A program made the translations under genes and the position numbers. Under the pieces are notes generated by a model, which was not told the DNA's origin, did not search any database, and worked only from the letters and a program-made list of their open reading frames with translations. This document shows positions 30,698-44,604 of a stretch of DNA of 64,000 bases, piece after piece. Within the stretch, counting starts at the first letter, position 1. Every line of letters starts with the position of its first letter. Origin of the DNA: Eledone cirrhosa (lineage: Eukaryota); NCBI GenBank assembly GCA_964016885.1, contig CAXHJY010000573.1:1-64000 (forward strand), given 5' to 3'.

Positions 30698-30885
30698 GGG
30701 CGGTAGATTGGCAGTATCGGTAGAAGGTCGGACGCAATGCTTTGACGCATAGAGTTACGGCACTTTATGGTCTGAGTTCAAATCCCGCCGAGGTTAACTT
30801 TGCCTTTCACCCTTACGGGGTCGATGAAATAAAGTAGCAGTAATGCACTGGAACAATTGCTGGCCTTGTGCCAAAAGTAGAAATA
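30698..30885 (+). mobile_element. tRNA-derived SINE (octopus-type)
   Basis: A-box-like TGGCAGTATCGG, B-box GAGTTCAAATCC and the conserved ACTTTGCCTTTCA..CTTACGGGGTCGAT body. Confidence 0.88.
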
Positions 30886-31099
30886 ATTATTACTCTTTTA
30901 CATTTCACATCGGAATAAGTCTGAAATAACTTATTTCATGAAATGCGCTTGAAATTTCAACCACGTAGACCATATAGTATTGTTTCAATTCTATATTAAA
31001 ATGAAATATATACATAATAAGAACGAAGTTTGCATGTTCCTCTGTGACGTCAGACTTTCTCCGCCGACGGATCGTTATGTATCTAAATTTGGTATAAGT

Positions 31100-33150
31100 A
31101 ATCATTAGACCATTTAGGTATCATTCCTAGAGCGCCTAAAACCACTGGTATTTTTTTAGTTCCCAACATCCACATTTTTCCAATCTCTATCTCCAGGTCT
31201 TTATACTTGCTCAATTTTTCAAATGATTTTGTAGATACATTCTTGTCTATAGGAACGGTCATGTTAATTAGCAGGCATACCCTCCTTTTAAAATCCTTCA
31301 GTATTATATCAGGTCTATTTGCATCTATTTTTCGGTCTGTTTGAGATGTGAGATTTTTTTAAGTACGAGAGGTGGTTGATGTTCCCACCATTTGATGAGG
31401 CAGATCCAAAATTCTTACACATTACCCAATGTATTGTGCAGCTCTGTCGTGCCTGTTTAGTTATTCGGTTGGATCTATAGAACTAGACATTAAGATTATA
31501 TGATTAATGCCACTTGTTTTTTTAAAATACAGGGTATAATAGGTTGCATCCATTTTTTATGATGTTGGGCTGACTATTTTTTGTTGTGCTGATATAATCA
31601 GGCCTTCAATCTCCGATTTCAGTCCAGAGGATGCCCACCACTGATGAGTTAAAGTTTTGTCAACATCAGGATTGTTAGCTCTTTCTGGGTACTTTCCATA
31701 CAGAGGCATCTTTTGCTATTTCTTAGCCAGTTTCTGTAGCAGTTCTTTCTTTGCAGTTAATTTTACCTGCTTTGCTTTTTCTGTGTTTTTCATTTCAGCA
31801 GTAAATGGAACTTCTGAAATTTTTAGTTCATTATTGTATCTATGTGCATCTTTTATAATGGAGTATGATCTTTTGTTTCTTTCATGTCTCAAAACGAGTT
31901 TGAACATCCATTCACGTGCTTCCCTTAGATATGAAGATAATCCAATTGTTGCAGTTTTCAAAGAAATATCTAACTGGATTAATACACGTCCTCCTTCTTT
32001 CCTAGGGAAATATATACTATCTGTTTTCGTCTTAGGGTTTTGCATTCTCTGCATGGTTAAGAATTTTCTAATTTTCGTATCGAGCCTACGGATCTCTGTG
32101 CTTGACCAGTTGGTGACGTTGAAACTGTCAGTTACTACTGGTATGGCAAGTGTGTTTATTGCATCGATCCTAATCCTTACATTCAACTCCGTAGTTAAAA
32201 TTGATATTACCCTGCGGTTACATTCCTTCCTTTTCCTTTCCCTCATTGTGAGTGCTTGATTCCGTTTCCTACACAAACACCTAGATATTTACAAGTTTCT
32301 TCTTTATCAAGTTATCTTATCACATTCCCCCGATCAAGCTTAATGTTTGATATTCTCAGCAGCTTTCCTCTGCTGAACGTGGCTTTGGCGCATTTTAGTT
32401 TCATTTAGTATCATCACTGAACTGCCTCACAGTAGATAATAGCCCTTGCAATTGCTGATCATTTTTTGCAAAGAGCTGCAGGTCATCCATTTTGAACAAG
32501 TGGTAAGGGTTTAATCATATACATTATATCCATGTTTTTTTCATTAAGCATTTTACTTAACGGTATAAGTACGATGCAGAATAAAAGCGGTGATAAAGAG
32601 TCACCCTAAAATATTCCACAATTAATATTAATATTAAGTTTTTTTCACTGTTCAAAATGAGTGTTTTCAATGTATTCATAATGAATGGCAGGAACCTCCT
32701 GACAACGGAAGATATTTTAAAAATCTCTAAACAATGTTCAATCCAATTGTATGGTAAACGATCAAATGCTTTTTTTGTAAACTATCTAAGCAATTGTTAG
32801 ATTTTTGTTTCCATTATGACAATCTTACAGAATCATTTTGTTATTCAAAAGCTGATACTTACACCCATATGAGCCTCGTTTACATCCTATCTGTTCATTG
32901 GGAAATAGATAACTTGTTATCAGGTGATCATATGTATATTCAGTTAAGATTGATGTTAAGATTTTATACATTGTGGTCAAGCAAGTTATCGGTCTGTAAT
33001 TGTTGGGGTTGTTTGTCTCATCATTCTTCGGAAGTAGGAATGTAATGCCGTTAACTACACATCATGGTATATTTTCTGGCTTCTCAATCATTTCATTATA
33101 AAGCTCATGCGACTCTGTGAAGGCATTTATCCAAAAAATTTGTATTTTGT
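31100..33150 (-). pseudogene. Old decayed R4/Dong-type LINE (RT + restriction-like endonuclease)
   Basis: Minus-strand motifs KKAFD, GDSLSPLLFCI, MDDL.LF, AINTLAIPV...W...LD.K.RK.L, Y.PRKEGGR.L, NRPDIIL and GALG.IP. Confidence 0.8.
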
Positions 33151-33262
33151 CTTTCCCTATTATTATTATTATTATTATTGTTGTTATTCCTTGAATCTCA
33201 GTCATTGATGTTGGTTAACTGGAAAGTCCGTTGGAATGAATATCAAGCCACTACCTGCAGCC

Positions 33263-33634
33263 TCAGATATTCAGGACGTATCGGAGGGTTCTTGCTGTTC
33301 CAAGCAAGCATGCCTTTTGAAGCGTTCCAAAAAGCGTGAAGGGGCCGATTTTCTTTAACCATCCCTGGAAACTTTTGGAGATAGTCCCCAGTGCGCCTAT
33401 GACAATCGGGATCACTTTGACTTCATGGCAGTTCCAAATCCTTTTCACCTCCCACTTTAGGTCCTGGTATCGGTTAATTTTCTCCCTCTCCTTCTCTTGC
33501 ACTCTCGTGTCGAATGGGCAGGCCACATCCACAATCAGACACGATGTTTTTTCTTTGTCCACAACCACCAGGTCAGGTCTATTGTGTTCCAGTTTTTTGT
33601 CCGTCTGTATCCTAAAATCCCACAGCACCTTCAC
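33263..33634 (-). CDS. R4/Dong restriction-like endonuclease domain (frameshifted continuation)
   Basis: LWDFRIQTDKKLEHNRPDLVVVDK..C.IVDVACPFD..KEREKINRY. Confidence 0.8.
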   Translation of the reverse strand: MKVLWDFRIQTDKKLEHNRPDLVVVDKEKTSCLIVDVACPFDTRVQEKEREKINRYQDLKWEVKRIWNCHEVKVIPIVIGALGTISKSFQGWLKKIGPFTLFGTLQKACLLGTARTLRYVLNI

Positions 33635-34797
33635 CTGTTGTTCTCCATCACCGCCTCTGGCCTATGCTCATACCATTTCTCAGAATGTGGTAAATTGTTT
33701 ACTTTGCACAGGTGCCAGTGGATCACCCTGCCCATCACATCGTGTCTCCAGCCCTTATAGTGGGTCTGGGCTAGGTGTTTACACTCGGACACAATGTGAG
33801 GCACAGTCTCCTCTCTCTCTCCACAGATCCTGCACAGTGGGCTAGCATCCTCCTTGTAAATATGGTGCTTCAACCACTTCGTTTTGAGGGCCTGCTCCTG
33901 CGCAGCCATTAGCATTCCTTCTGTAGCCTTTTTGAGGTCTCCTCTTCTCAACCAGTTCCATGTCTGTGGATCTCTAAATTCAGTTTTCTCAAAGAAGGTA
34001 CTATGAAGGGATTTTCCCTTAAGGCTGCTCTTCCTCCTTGATGTTATTTGCTCCTTGGACATCCCCTGGCCTACTGTCCCCTCCTTCAGTACAGTTCTGA
34101 GCATTTGCTCCTTTCTATAGGTCACGTATTTGTATAGGTTGATTTTCTCCATCTGAACACAGTCCTCTATGCTGATAAGACCTCTTCCACCCTCAGATCT
34201 CCTTAGGTAGAGTCTATCGACATCACTCCTCTTGTGGAACATGTTGTAGATAGTCAATAGCTTCCTAGTCTTCCTATCCATTTCTTTTTGTTCAGCAACA
34301 TTCCATCTCAGAATTCCCGCACTGTACCTAATAATAGACACAGCTCCGGAATTTACTGCGCTTATGGCATTTCTGCTGTTCAGATGTGACTTCAATACGC
34401 TCCTTACTCTCCGAATGTATTCAGTTCTTAACAATTCCTTCATTTTTTTGTTCTTTATGCCATCAGCCTCCAGAACGCCCAAATACTTGTATCCTTCCTC
34501 AGAGTCAATTTCCTTTATCATCTCACCTGTTGGTATCTGGATCCCGTTACTTCTGCTCAACCTACCCCTCCTCATCACAATGACTCCACATTTACTAATA
34601 CCAAACTGCATACATATATCACTGCTGAAAATACGGACAGTGTCAACAAGCACCTCCAACTCCTTCTCACTTTTCCCGAAGAGCTTAAGATCGTCCATGA
34701 AGAGGTGATTGATGGTAAGCTCCCCCTTTCCCAACTTGTATCCTGCTCTCACTTTTCGCAGCATAATGGTCAAGGGCATCAGGGCAAGGACAAACAA
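33631..34797 (-). CDS. R4/Dong RT C-terminal half plus zinc knuckle (truncated)
   Basis: 388-aa open frame with FMDD and CCHC. Confidence 0.8.
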   Translation of the reverse strand: MFVLALMPLTIMLRKVRAGYKLGKGELTINHLFMDDLKLFGKSEKELEVLVDTVRIFSSDICMQFGISKCGVIVMRRGRLSRSNGIQIPTGEMIKEIDSEEGYKYLGVLEADGIKNKKMKELLRTEYIRRVRSVLKSHLNSRNAISAVNSGAVSIIRYSAGILRWNVAEQKEMDRKTRKLLTIYNMFHKRSDVDRLYLRRSEGGRGLISIEDCVQMEKINLYKYVTYRKEQMLRTVLKEGTVGQGMSKEQITSRRKSSLKGKSLHSTFFEKTEFRDPQTWNWLRRGDLKKATEGMLMAAQEQALKTKWLKHHIYKEDASPLCRICGEREETVPHIVSECKHLAQTHYKGWRHDVMGRVIHWHLCKVNNLPHSEKWYEHRPEAVMENNR

Positions 34798-34821
34798 CAG
34801 AGGGGACAGGCTATCTCCCTG

Positions 34822-34880
<59 letters not shown>

Positions 34881-35299
34881 GCCTTGAGTATCAGTCATTG
34901 ATGTTAGTTAACTGGAAAGTTTGTTGAAATGAATATCAAGCCACTACCTGCAGCCTCAGATATTCAGGACGTATCGGAGGGTTATTGCTGTTCCCAGCAA
35001 GCATGCCTTTTGAAGCGTTCCAAAAAGCGTGGCGGGGCCAATTTTCTTTAACCATCCCTGGAAACTTTTTGAGATAGTACCTAGTGCGCCTATGACAATC
35101 GGAACATTTGACTTCATGGCAGTTCCAAATCCTTTTTACCTCCCACTTTAAGTCTTGGTATCGGTTAATTTTCTCCCTCTCCTTCTCTTGCACTCTCGTG
35201 TCGAATGGGCAGGCTACATCCACAATCAGACAGGATCCTTTTTCTTTGTCCAAAATCACCAGGTCAGGTCTATTGTGTTCCAGTTTCTTGTCCGTCTGT
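34881..35299 (-). mobile_element. R4/Dong-type LINE 3' end, copy B
   Basis: Near-identical to the copy A 3' end; (TTA)n on both sides. Confidence 0.9.
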
Positions 35300-35393
35300 A
35301 TTATTATTATTACAGCTGCATTTATCTTGCTTTATGTTCATACGAGTTATCACCAAGTCCCAACCAGTGACCTCAAGAGACAACAAGGTCCGC

Positions 35394-35449
<56 letters not shown>

Positions 35450-35461
35450 TATTATTATTAT

Positions 35462-35962
35462 GCCTTGAGTATCAGTCATTGATGTTATTTAACTGGAAAG
35501 TTTGTTGAAAGGAATATCAAGCCGCTACCTGCAGCCTCAGATATTCAGGACGTATCGGAGGGTTCTTGCTGTTCCCAGCAAGCATGCCTTTTGAAGTGTT
35601 CCAAAACGCGGGGCTGGACTAAGTTTCTAAAACCATTCTTGGAAACTCATTTAGATAGTACCTAGTGCGCTTATGACAATCGGGACGACTCTGACTTCAT
35701 AGCAGTTCCAAATCCTTTTTACCTCCCACTTTAAGTCTTGGTATCGGTTAATTTTCTCCCTCTCCTTATCTTGCACTCTCGTGTCATATGGGCAGGCTAC
35801 ATCTACAATCAGGCATGATCTTTTTTCCTTGTCCAAAACCACAAGGTCAGGCCTATTATGTTCTAATTTCTTGTCCTTCTGTATCCTAAAATCCCATAGC
35901 AGTTTCACCTGACCGTTTTCTATCACCGACTCGGGCTTATGCTCATACCACTTCTCAGAATG
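35462..35962 (-). mobile_element. R4/Dong-type LINE 3' end, copy C
   Basis: Same 3' UTR (CCTTGAGTATCAGTCATTGATG); RLE ORF at 35651-35926; 3' end abuts (TTA)n. Confidence 0.9.
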
Positions 35963-36613
35963 AAAATCTGTTGGTGACTTCCTAGCTTCTAGTCATGTTT
36001 AGTGTCACTACTACCTTCCCTCTGTTAACAGGAGGTAGTGATGGAATAGTGGTGGTAGGGATGATGCAGTGTTGACGGTGGTGATGGGGTAGTAGTACTC
36101 TAGTGATGGTGTTGTTGATGCTGTTGGTTTTTATCGAGCTAATTTTGTTGTGGTAGTGGTGGTGGTGGCGCTGGTGGTGTTGATGGTGAAATTATTTGGC
36201 TGTTGTTTTTTTCTTTTCATTTGTGGCCATTTGTAACCATTTTTTTTTGTCTATAACATTTCTGATACAAAATTAAATATTAAATACTGGAGCCCTATGC
36301 CATAATGTTATGCGTTGTCACTTCCTGAGAGTTAAGACTGGTGTCTTATGTCCCATTTTTAATAAGAATTATTCTATCACAATTGTTTTAAATATGTAAA
36401 AAATCAAAAACTTACGGGAGCGATTCCATAACACTCTGCCCACCATGTGCGTATTCTTCCCTTATATTATTATTATTATTATTATTACTATTATTATTAT
36501 TATTATTATTAAGGGCTCATTTGGGATGCTAGTATACTTGTATCCTTAGTAACATAAGGTATTACTATTAGTTATATTATAAGTTGTGACGTGATATGGT
36601 ATATCCAATGACA

Positions 36614-37220
36614 TCTATATATACATCCATCAATCTCTCCCTTTCTCTCTCTCCCTTTCTCTCTCTCTCTCTCTATCTCTCTCTCTTTCTCTCTCTCTCT
36701 CTCTATGTATATATGTATATATATAAATGGCAAGTTCTGTCTGTTTGTTTGTTTGTGAACCGACAACTCAAAAAATACCAAAGCGATCTTGATAAAACTT
36801 GACACGTGTGTGGGACTCATGCACATTTGGTTTCTTACGTATATTTCATTTTAATCAAGCCCCCGCTGAAAACCCCCGCTTAATATTTTCCCTTCGATTT
36901 ATATGAAATTTAAACCATGGGTAAACCAAGATATGATGCATATTCACAAATATTGAGCACATTTCAATAATGTTAATACAACCTAATGGGGTTTTATTTT
37001 TTTCCTTATAGCAACACCCAACTTCTCTGGCAAATATTTTTTCGCCTGACCAATGCAATCAACAATATTTGTTTGTATTATTGCTTCGTAAATGAATTTG
37101 TCTTCGCTTTTGATTATCTGTCCTATATTTTGATTTCATTGTTGGTCTGTGAGGCATTGGGCATTTTAATGGGAACTGGGAATACCCCCACTCCCGGGTC
37201 TTACCGGGTAATTCAGCTAG
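36614..37220 (+). mobile_element. Non-autonomous Helitron
   Basis: 5' A|TCTATATA followed by a GTCTGTTTG tract. The 3' hairpin CCCGGGTCTTACCGGG is followed 8 nt later by CTAG|T. Confidence 0.68.
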
Positions 37221-37393
37221 TATATATATATATATATATGAGTGTGTGTGTGTGTATAGAGAGGGGAGCCATAAATGCCCATCATACATATATATATATT
37301 TAATGTATGGGAATTTCTGGCCCCCCTCCCTCTATCTATCCGTGTGTGTCTCTCTCTCTACTCATACACACCCATTATATATATATATATATG

Positions 37394-37453
<60 letters not shown>

Positions 37454-37997
37454 GCCCATACATGTAAATATATAGTTATATATATATTGCTTTAATTCCT
37501 CAGTGAATAATTGAACAGGCAATTATAATTTCTAAGCGCAAACGTAGTTTCTGCAGCATTGTAAAGAAAAGGAGCTAATAAGTTATAAATGACACTGATA
37601 TCTAAAGATATCATGAGGTAGCATAGAATAATACCATATCGATCAAATAGATGCAGCTCAGTAAATTACCTTTACACATAAGGTGACGTAACCAATGACA
37701 TATTTATTGCTTTGCTCTAGCATAGCGTGTCTAAGTGTGAGACTAAAATGACCTACGTCAGATATATTGTTGGCAAATATTTCTGAAGTAACAATCTCCA
37801 ATAATAAGAAATTATAAAAGATCAGTATTTACTGAATACTTTTCGACATCGGGAATGGTAACAGTGATTCCATTAATGCATTCTGACGTTCCTGCTTTAA
37901 GCGGTGTTCTACGTAAAAGAAACAGAGAATGATATGAGAAAAGTTACGCAGGTTTTATAGTATCTAATGTGTGGAAGAATAGGATGCAAATACATAT

Positions 37998-38081
<84 letters not shown>

Positions 38082-38336
38082 TTCTACAGCAATCACCAAA
38101 CCTAATCAACTCAAACAATGGACCAAACTCAATCTAAATAAAGAAACAAAAAAAAAAGATCCAAATGGAAATCCGTTAGAACCAATTACTAAACACAAGA
38201 ATCTGAACATAATAGGAAGCCTTGAGAAGTTTAGATATGGCGCACATACACCAAAGAAGGTGGAGTAAATAACACCCTACCCTTCCGAGAAAATCCCGAA
38301 TTAAAGAAGCATCGGAACCAATAGTATTGACAAAAA

Positions 38337-38521
38337 GGGCGGTGGATTGGCAGCATCAGTAGAGGGTCGGACGCCATGCTTTCCAGCATAGTTACATCCC
38401 TTTACGATCTGAGTTCAAATCCCGCCGAGGTTGACTTTGCCTTTCATCCTTACGGGGTCGATAAAATAAAGTACCAGTAATGCACTGGGTAATTACTGGC
38501 CTTGTGCCAAAAGTAGAAACA
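38337..38521 (+). mobile_element. tRNA-derived SINE with TSD
   Basis: Full body; AGTATTGACAAAA duplicated on both sides. Confidence 0.92.
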
Positions 38522-39911
38522 AGTATTGACAAAAAGGGGGTTGAATTTAAATGTCGAGACACTGGAAGTCGAAATCACTCTGCCTAATTTCAAAGAACAA
38601 TTCAAACCATGCGACACCAACTTATGAGGAGAAGCCAATAAAAGCGGCAGTAGCGAATCTACAGGTCAACATAGCATATATACTTCAAATTACACCTCTC
38701 CCAATGTTCTCGTAAATAGATAATCTTGTTCATATGCTCGCTAGCTGTGTGTGAATAAATGCCCTACATGAAATATTTGGTATAAGACATTGTTTTCTTG
38801 TCTCATTGTAGAAGTTTAGACATACCAAAACGGAATATATATTTAGTACTTATCATGCAACATAATTCTAATTCAAAATCCTTTATTGGAATCCTGTTAC
38901 AACGGCTTGTCATCTCATGACTTAATTTCTGTCATCCAATTTTTCATTTATTTAGTTTTTCCCTATGGAGTTGGCTATATACCATCTGCCATACCCACAT
39001 AATACTTCAGCTGTTTAGCTCTTTTGCTATTGGCACATCGTTCCCAGGGGTGTCAAAAAGATTCTTTCAAGGATAAAGAACTTTAGAACATGCGATACGT
39101 GCTTGCAATATGAAATGTCTATTATTCAATAGCAATGAATAACTGTATTAAATGTCACGGCTTCATAAATCAAAACAAGTCAGTATATAATGAATCTTAT
39201 ACAACGCTTCAGCTTTAAATTGCCGCAAGAAGTGAATATGGCATATAACTATAATGAGCGATATTTCTAACGATAAATTCATACATGTTTCTCATTATAT
39301 TTTTCATTCAGTCTTGCCGGTATTCAACTCTAAATTTTGGAAATACATACACACGATCACTTACATTACATAATTCAAATTAATCACAAATCATGACGAA
39401 TGCTTTTTATTGACAAAGGGAAACATTCCTGAATTCAGTAATATATATCTTGATATATCATCATATTAATACGAATGCTCAGCATCCTTGAAATCTCATA
39501 TTTTATCTGAACGGAAAAAAGAATATTAGGATGAAATAAACGCCCATTATCAAAATAGGAAATTGTAACTGACGGAATATTTCTGTTAACCATGGAACGT
39601 TTCTCATCCGGTTTCCTGTGATATAAATTGTTCTTGAATCGTTTTCGAAAAGTGACTTTCTATAGTAACAACTAGCAGAATGGCCCGGCGTTGCTCGGGA
39701 TTCTAAACATAGTTTTTCCCTCCTTTCTGAAACAGTACAGAGAAGTACGGAATACCTCGGCCTCGGGATGGTGTTTACATTATGTGCTTATAAAACAAAT
39801 TCGTCGTAGATTACCAGGGTTTTTTTCCGTGCGAAGAAAATCAATATTTTATCGCGAAATAAATACTTTTGTTTACATTTTGTTATTGTGTATGCAAAAA
39901 TATCTGTACAC

Positions 39912-39964
<53 letters not shown>

Positions 39965-40080
39965 TTAAAATAACAGATTAAAGTTTAAGAAAATAATCGG
40001 TGCTCTCACCCATAACTGGATCTTCTGAAACTAAAAAAATCAATCTGTGAACGCAGAAGTAAATATTTTGTAAAACATTA

Positions 40081-40161
<81 letters not shown>

Positions 40162-40275
40162 CACTCTCTCTATATATATATATATACACTCTCTCTCTAT
40201 ATATATATATACACTCTCTCTCTCTTTATATATATATATATACACTCTCTCTCTCTCTATATATATATATATACA

Positions 40276-40306
<31 letters not shown>

Positions 40307-40636
40307 CACTCTCTCTCTCTCTATATATATATATATACACTCTCTCTCTCTATATATATATATACACTCTCTCTCTCTATATATATATATATACACTCTC
40401 TCTCTATATATATATATATACACTATATATATATATACACTCTCTCTCTCTATATATATATATACACTCTCTCTATATATATATATATATACACTCTCTC
40501 TCTCTCTATATATATATACACTCTCTCTCTATATATATATATATACACTCTCTCTCTCTATATATATATATACACTCTCTCTCTATATATATATATATAT
40601 ACACTCTCTCTCTCTCTATATATATATATATACACA

Positions 40637-40727
<91 letters not shown>

Positions 40728-40830
40728 TATATATATACATATATATATATACACTCTATATATATATATATATATACACACTCTCTCTATATATATATAC
40801 ACACACTATATATATACATATATATATATA
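40081..40830. repeat. (TA)nCAC(TC)n minisatellite
   Basis: Directly visible. Confidence 0.92.
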
Positions 40831-40881
40831 CACACACATATAGCGTCATAATGTCGTATTGCAGCAGCAGACATACAGACA

Positions 40882-40975
40882 GTGACTTTGCCTTTCATCC
40901 TTACGGGGTCGATAAAATAAATGTACCAGTAATGCACTGGGTAATTGCTGGCCTTGTGCCTAAAGTAGAAACAGT
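40882..40975 (+). mobile_element. SINE 3' half
   Basis: TGACTTTGCCTTTCATCC...AAAGTAGAAACA. Confidence 0.85.
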
Positions 40976-41259
40976 TATAAGGACGCAACGTTATTTCTAT
41001 GTATCTATCTAAAAAGAGATACTAATAATTATAGAGAGAGATCGCTAAATCGCCTATTGCGGCATTGGGAATTTGAGATATTCTTTGCTAAAAACACTCA
41101 CAGGATTATAAGTATTACATGCGTAAAGTTTGAAAACAATCTGTTGGGTGGTTCTCGAGTTTTAGGGAGTCAGGCAGACAGACATACGGACATTCTCTGC
41201 TTTAGATATATAGATGAAGAGGGAAATATTTCACAGATACGCTTGTGCATTATTGAACT

Positions 41260-42620
41260 CTGTATCCTTCAAATGCGATGCGTGTACCTTATCAATTATT
41301 CACACATGTTTATACCTACATATGTAATGAGCCTAAATCACTATCATATGGTGCTACAAACTATACAGCTACGACTTCCACTGTCTTCTAATTTACCGAT
41401 GCTGCTTATCTCCTCTGAATGACAAACAGTGTCCATTTCTGTCGAACACAACTCGATACAGACGTGTCCCACTGCTCTCTTGTCTTATGTTTCGCCTATA
41501 CCAGCATCAGACCTACATAAATGCTGGTTCTGCTGTGCAGTCAGTTGCGACAGGTTACACGTAGAATCCCAAGGATACGTATGGCAGTGAAACCCATCCA
41601 TATTCATACAGTGCGTGTTGTTGGGGGAAAATACTGACATCGTGTCTAACATGAATATTCTTACATACATCGTTGGTCCAGTTGAATCTTTTCCCGAAAT
41701 CTAGACCTATCAATAGGATAGTTTCATAAGCTTACAAACAATGTCTCATTTAAAATATTGACCTCCCACCTCTACACATTTGTGGATGTGACTTCCCATT
41801 TCCTCAAATCTTCTTCCCAGTCCTACATCTGCTATTCCATCAGAAAATTCTTCAGTGCCTCCTTCAGCACCAGTGCTGTCTCAAATCTGATTATCCGGAG
41901 GCTGCCATTTATGCATGTAAGGAGGAATACATCACGTCTAGCCACAACAGGGCTGTAGGTGGGTTTCTTTACCACATTATATTGCCCTCTTGATCATCTA
42001 AGCATTGACCTGAGGCATGGGGCATTTTCCTGGTAGAATTCCCCAACTCCAGTGTTTCACTGCTGTGGCTTCGTTTACCTCATCCTATACTTGAACATTT
42101 TCAGATAATACACTTTATTCACTGATTGGCCATCAGGAACGTATACAACGGGAATTAGGTCCGGGGAGTCGATTGAAGGATCTGTTCCTTTACTTCTGAC
42201 CTGCTCATCTTCACATTTTTAACATATTGGAGGACATGCGTACACCGACATTTGCTCTAACGTTCATACGAGTATACACGGTTCTCGTTGTAAGTCACTA
42301 ATTTATTCAAGAGACCGAAATCAGTCGCTACCATTTCGAGAATGACAGTTATTTCAACATTCCATAAACTTCCTCTACTCAGTCGATGGAATCTTTGGCA
42401 CGAATCTGGCAGAGGTGATCTGGAGTTCCAAATTTTCAGTCCGAAGTGCCTCCACTGTGCCAATAGTAAACCTTTCAGATATCATCTTCGCAGAAGCTCG
42501 ATGCTCTTGCATCGTTAACCTTCGCATTTATTTATCGTTTTCCTCCATTCGAGCGCTACTCAGTGCTCCAGAACAGCATTCATCCTCTTATTTCAATTTC
42601 CTTCAGAAAATCGTTTAAAC
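41260..42620 (-). pseudogene. Highly decayed LINE RT remnant (RTE-like?)
   Basis: Only scattered motif traces (NY.PI.., .GF, LD...F) in a more GC-rich block. Confidence 0.3.
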
Positions 42621-43384
42621 TATCTATAGAATCTTGCTCTTCGATTCCCCCTCACTAAACTCTTTATTTTAGTGGATATCTATTTTCTTCTTTCTATGTT
42701 ATGTAGAATCATGAAACCAAAGAGAAATAACCCTCATCATTTTCAGGAAAACATGAAACGAACATGTATACGAACACCTAGAGTGAGAGTGACAGGGAGT
42801 GAAGGAACGTGAGACAGAAAGAAAGAGTTACAGAAGCATCATGTTGGATTTATTCAAACATGTTTTCTTTCTGTTCAAATCAAATTGTTGTATTGAAATA
42901 AAAATCCAGTTGGTAATGGTATAATTCTGTTTACAGCTTTTCGTCTGCGATATGCAGTCTTTATACTTTTGTATTACCTGGATAAGATGGGGTGACAGGC
43001 ATAGAATCTACTTTTGACATTGTGTGGCAACGACTCTCATGCATGTTCAATGCCTAATAACGAAATTCATGAGAATATACAATTTCACATGACCAAGTTA
43101 TACATATAATTTTATGTTTCGTATAAAACAGTTTTGCTAATTTTGCAGTCATGTTTCGAGGTAAAATATAAAAAAATAGTTATATTTACTCACTTTTTCA
43201 TTCGACTTTTATTGAATTATTTTTCGTGTGTGTTACTTATATCATAGTATTGCTACACAAGTAGGTAAATTCTGCAGGATTTTATATCTTCACTATATAT
43301 GAGTTGATGGATAATATAATAGTTTTAGACGTAATAATTTTCTATTACCTTCATTCTGAATCCAATCGACGTTACGAGAATCAT

Positions 43385-43682
43385 TCCGAGGTTGACTTTG
43401 CCTTTCATCCTAACGGGGTCGATAAAATAAAGTACCAGTAATGCACTGGGTAATTGCTGGCCTTGTGCCTAAAGTAGAAACAATGATATCAAATAAGGGC
43501 GGTGAATTGGCAGTATCGGTAGAGGGTTGGACGCCATGCTTTCTAGCATAGTTACGTCCCTTTACGGTTTGAGTTCAAATCCCGCCGAGGTTAACTTTGC
43601 CTTTCATCCTTACGGCGTCGATAAAATAAAGTACCAGTAATGTACTGGGTAATTGCTGGCCTTGTGCCTTAAGTAGAAACAA
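43385..43682 (+). mobile_element. Two tandem SINE copies (partial, then full)
   Basis: 43385-43482 and 43497-43682; ATATCAAATAA flanks the second copy. Confidence 0.9.
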
Positions 43683-44604
43683 TTATATCAAATAACGAAA
43701 ATTGTATGAGCTACATACGATATAAAATGTATATATAAACTATGTTTAATCGGATAGACAAGATATATAGTCGATATGTGATTGCTATATTTCATGTCGG
43801 CTCGAGAAGCTTCTCAGATATCTCCCTGTTTTTAGGATTGTATTGTCAACTGATATTCATTCATTTTATTTCTTGCTTCATTCATAAGAATGCAATTGTT
43901 TAGTGTACTTTAGTGATCCAAACGTAGTAAACAGATTACAGATACATTATATTTTTATGGGTTAAATTGTATAAAAATTTAGATTTTCACATATTTTGAG
44001 GAACTGATACTATGTTGTATTGGTTGGCAGTAATTACTTGTGTTATGGGTTCAAAAATCAAATATGCATGCTAATACATATAAGTAATCCATAAAAAATG
44101 TGATCGCACTCCCTTATCATGCATAATGAAGATCCTATTAGTATAATTAAAACTGTGCGCTCCTATATATTGGGGTCATTACTATTGCACTAAAAGTGCA
44201 TTGTAATTATAATTTTACCTATGTAGAGTTGTTGTATCGTATTATCTTGTGGTTTATTACTGTATTTTCTAATCATTGCTTAATATCAATATTTAGAGAT
44301 GAGCCACAGATCTAAATGCCACTGTTGTTAATATTAAATGGCTTTTATACCGAATAATTTCAACAGTTCACACCGGAATCGATTAACTCGTGAAGGAAAT
44401 AAAATAAATAGATTTAATATCGCGAATTCAATTGATTAACATGCACATATTTCGTTCGGTAACGTAATCTAAACATAGTGAGGACGACATCGTATCTGTT
44501 TATCATTGAGTAGTCGATGACTATAATGTAACAATAGCTCTACCATATAGTGAGACTGCTAAAGCAATGATAGATTAAAATATGTCAATTGTACTTGTTA
44601 ATAA

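Larger units (their letters stand above)
33189..34821 (-). mobile_element. R4/Dong-type non-LTR retrotransposon, 5'-truncated, copy A, between (TAA)n tracts
   Basis: Begins at QGDSLSP. Carries HLFMDDLKLF, YKYLG, CCHC (CRIC..ETVPHIVSEC), RHD, and RLE PD..D (NRPDLVV..LIVDVACP..KE.EK..Y). One frameshift near 33632. Confidence 0.92.
39672..41214 (-). mobile_element. Non-autonomous Helitron carrying internal minisatellite and SINE fragment
   Basis: The minus strand begins A|TCTATATATCTAAAGCAGAG..GTCTGTCTG and ends with the hairpin CCCGAGCAACGCCGGG..CTAG|T. Confidence 0.68.

Noticed and set aside
38337-38430. tRNA gene suggested by A and B boxes
   Set aside because: No cloverleaf can be drawn; it is the head of the multi-copy SINE with TSDs.
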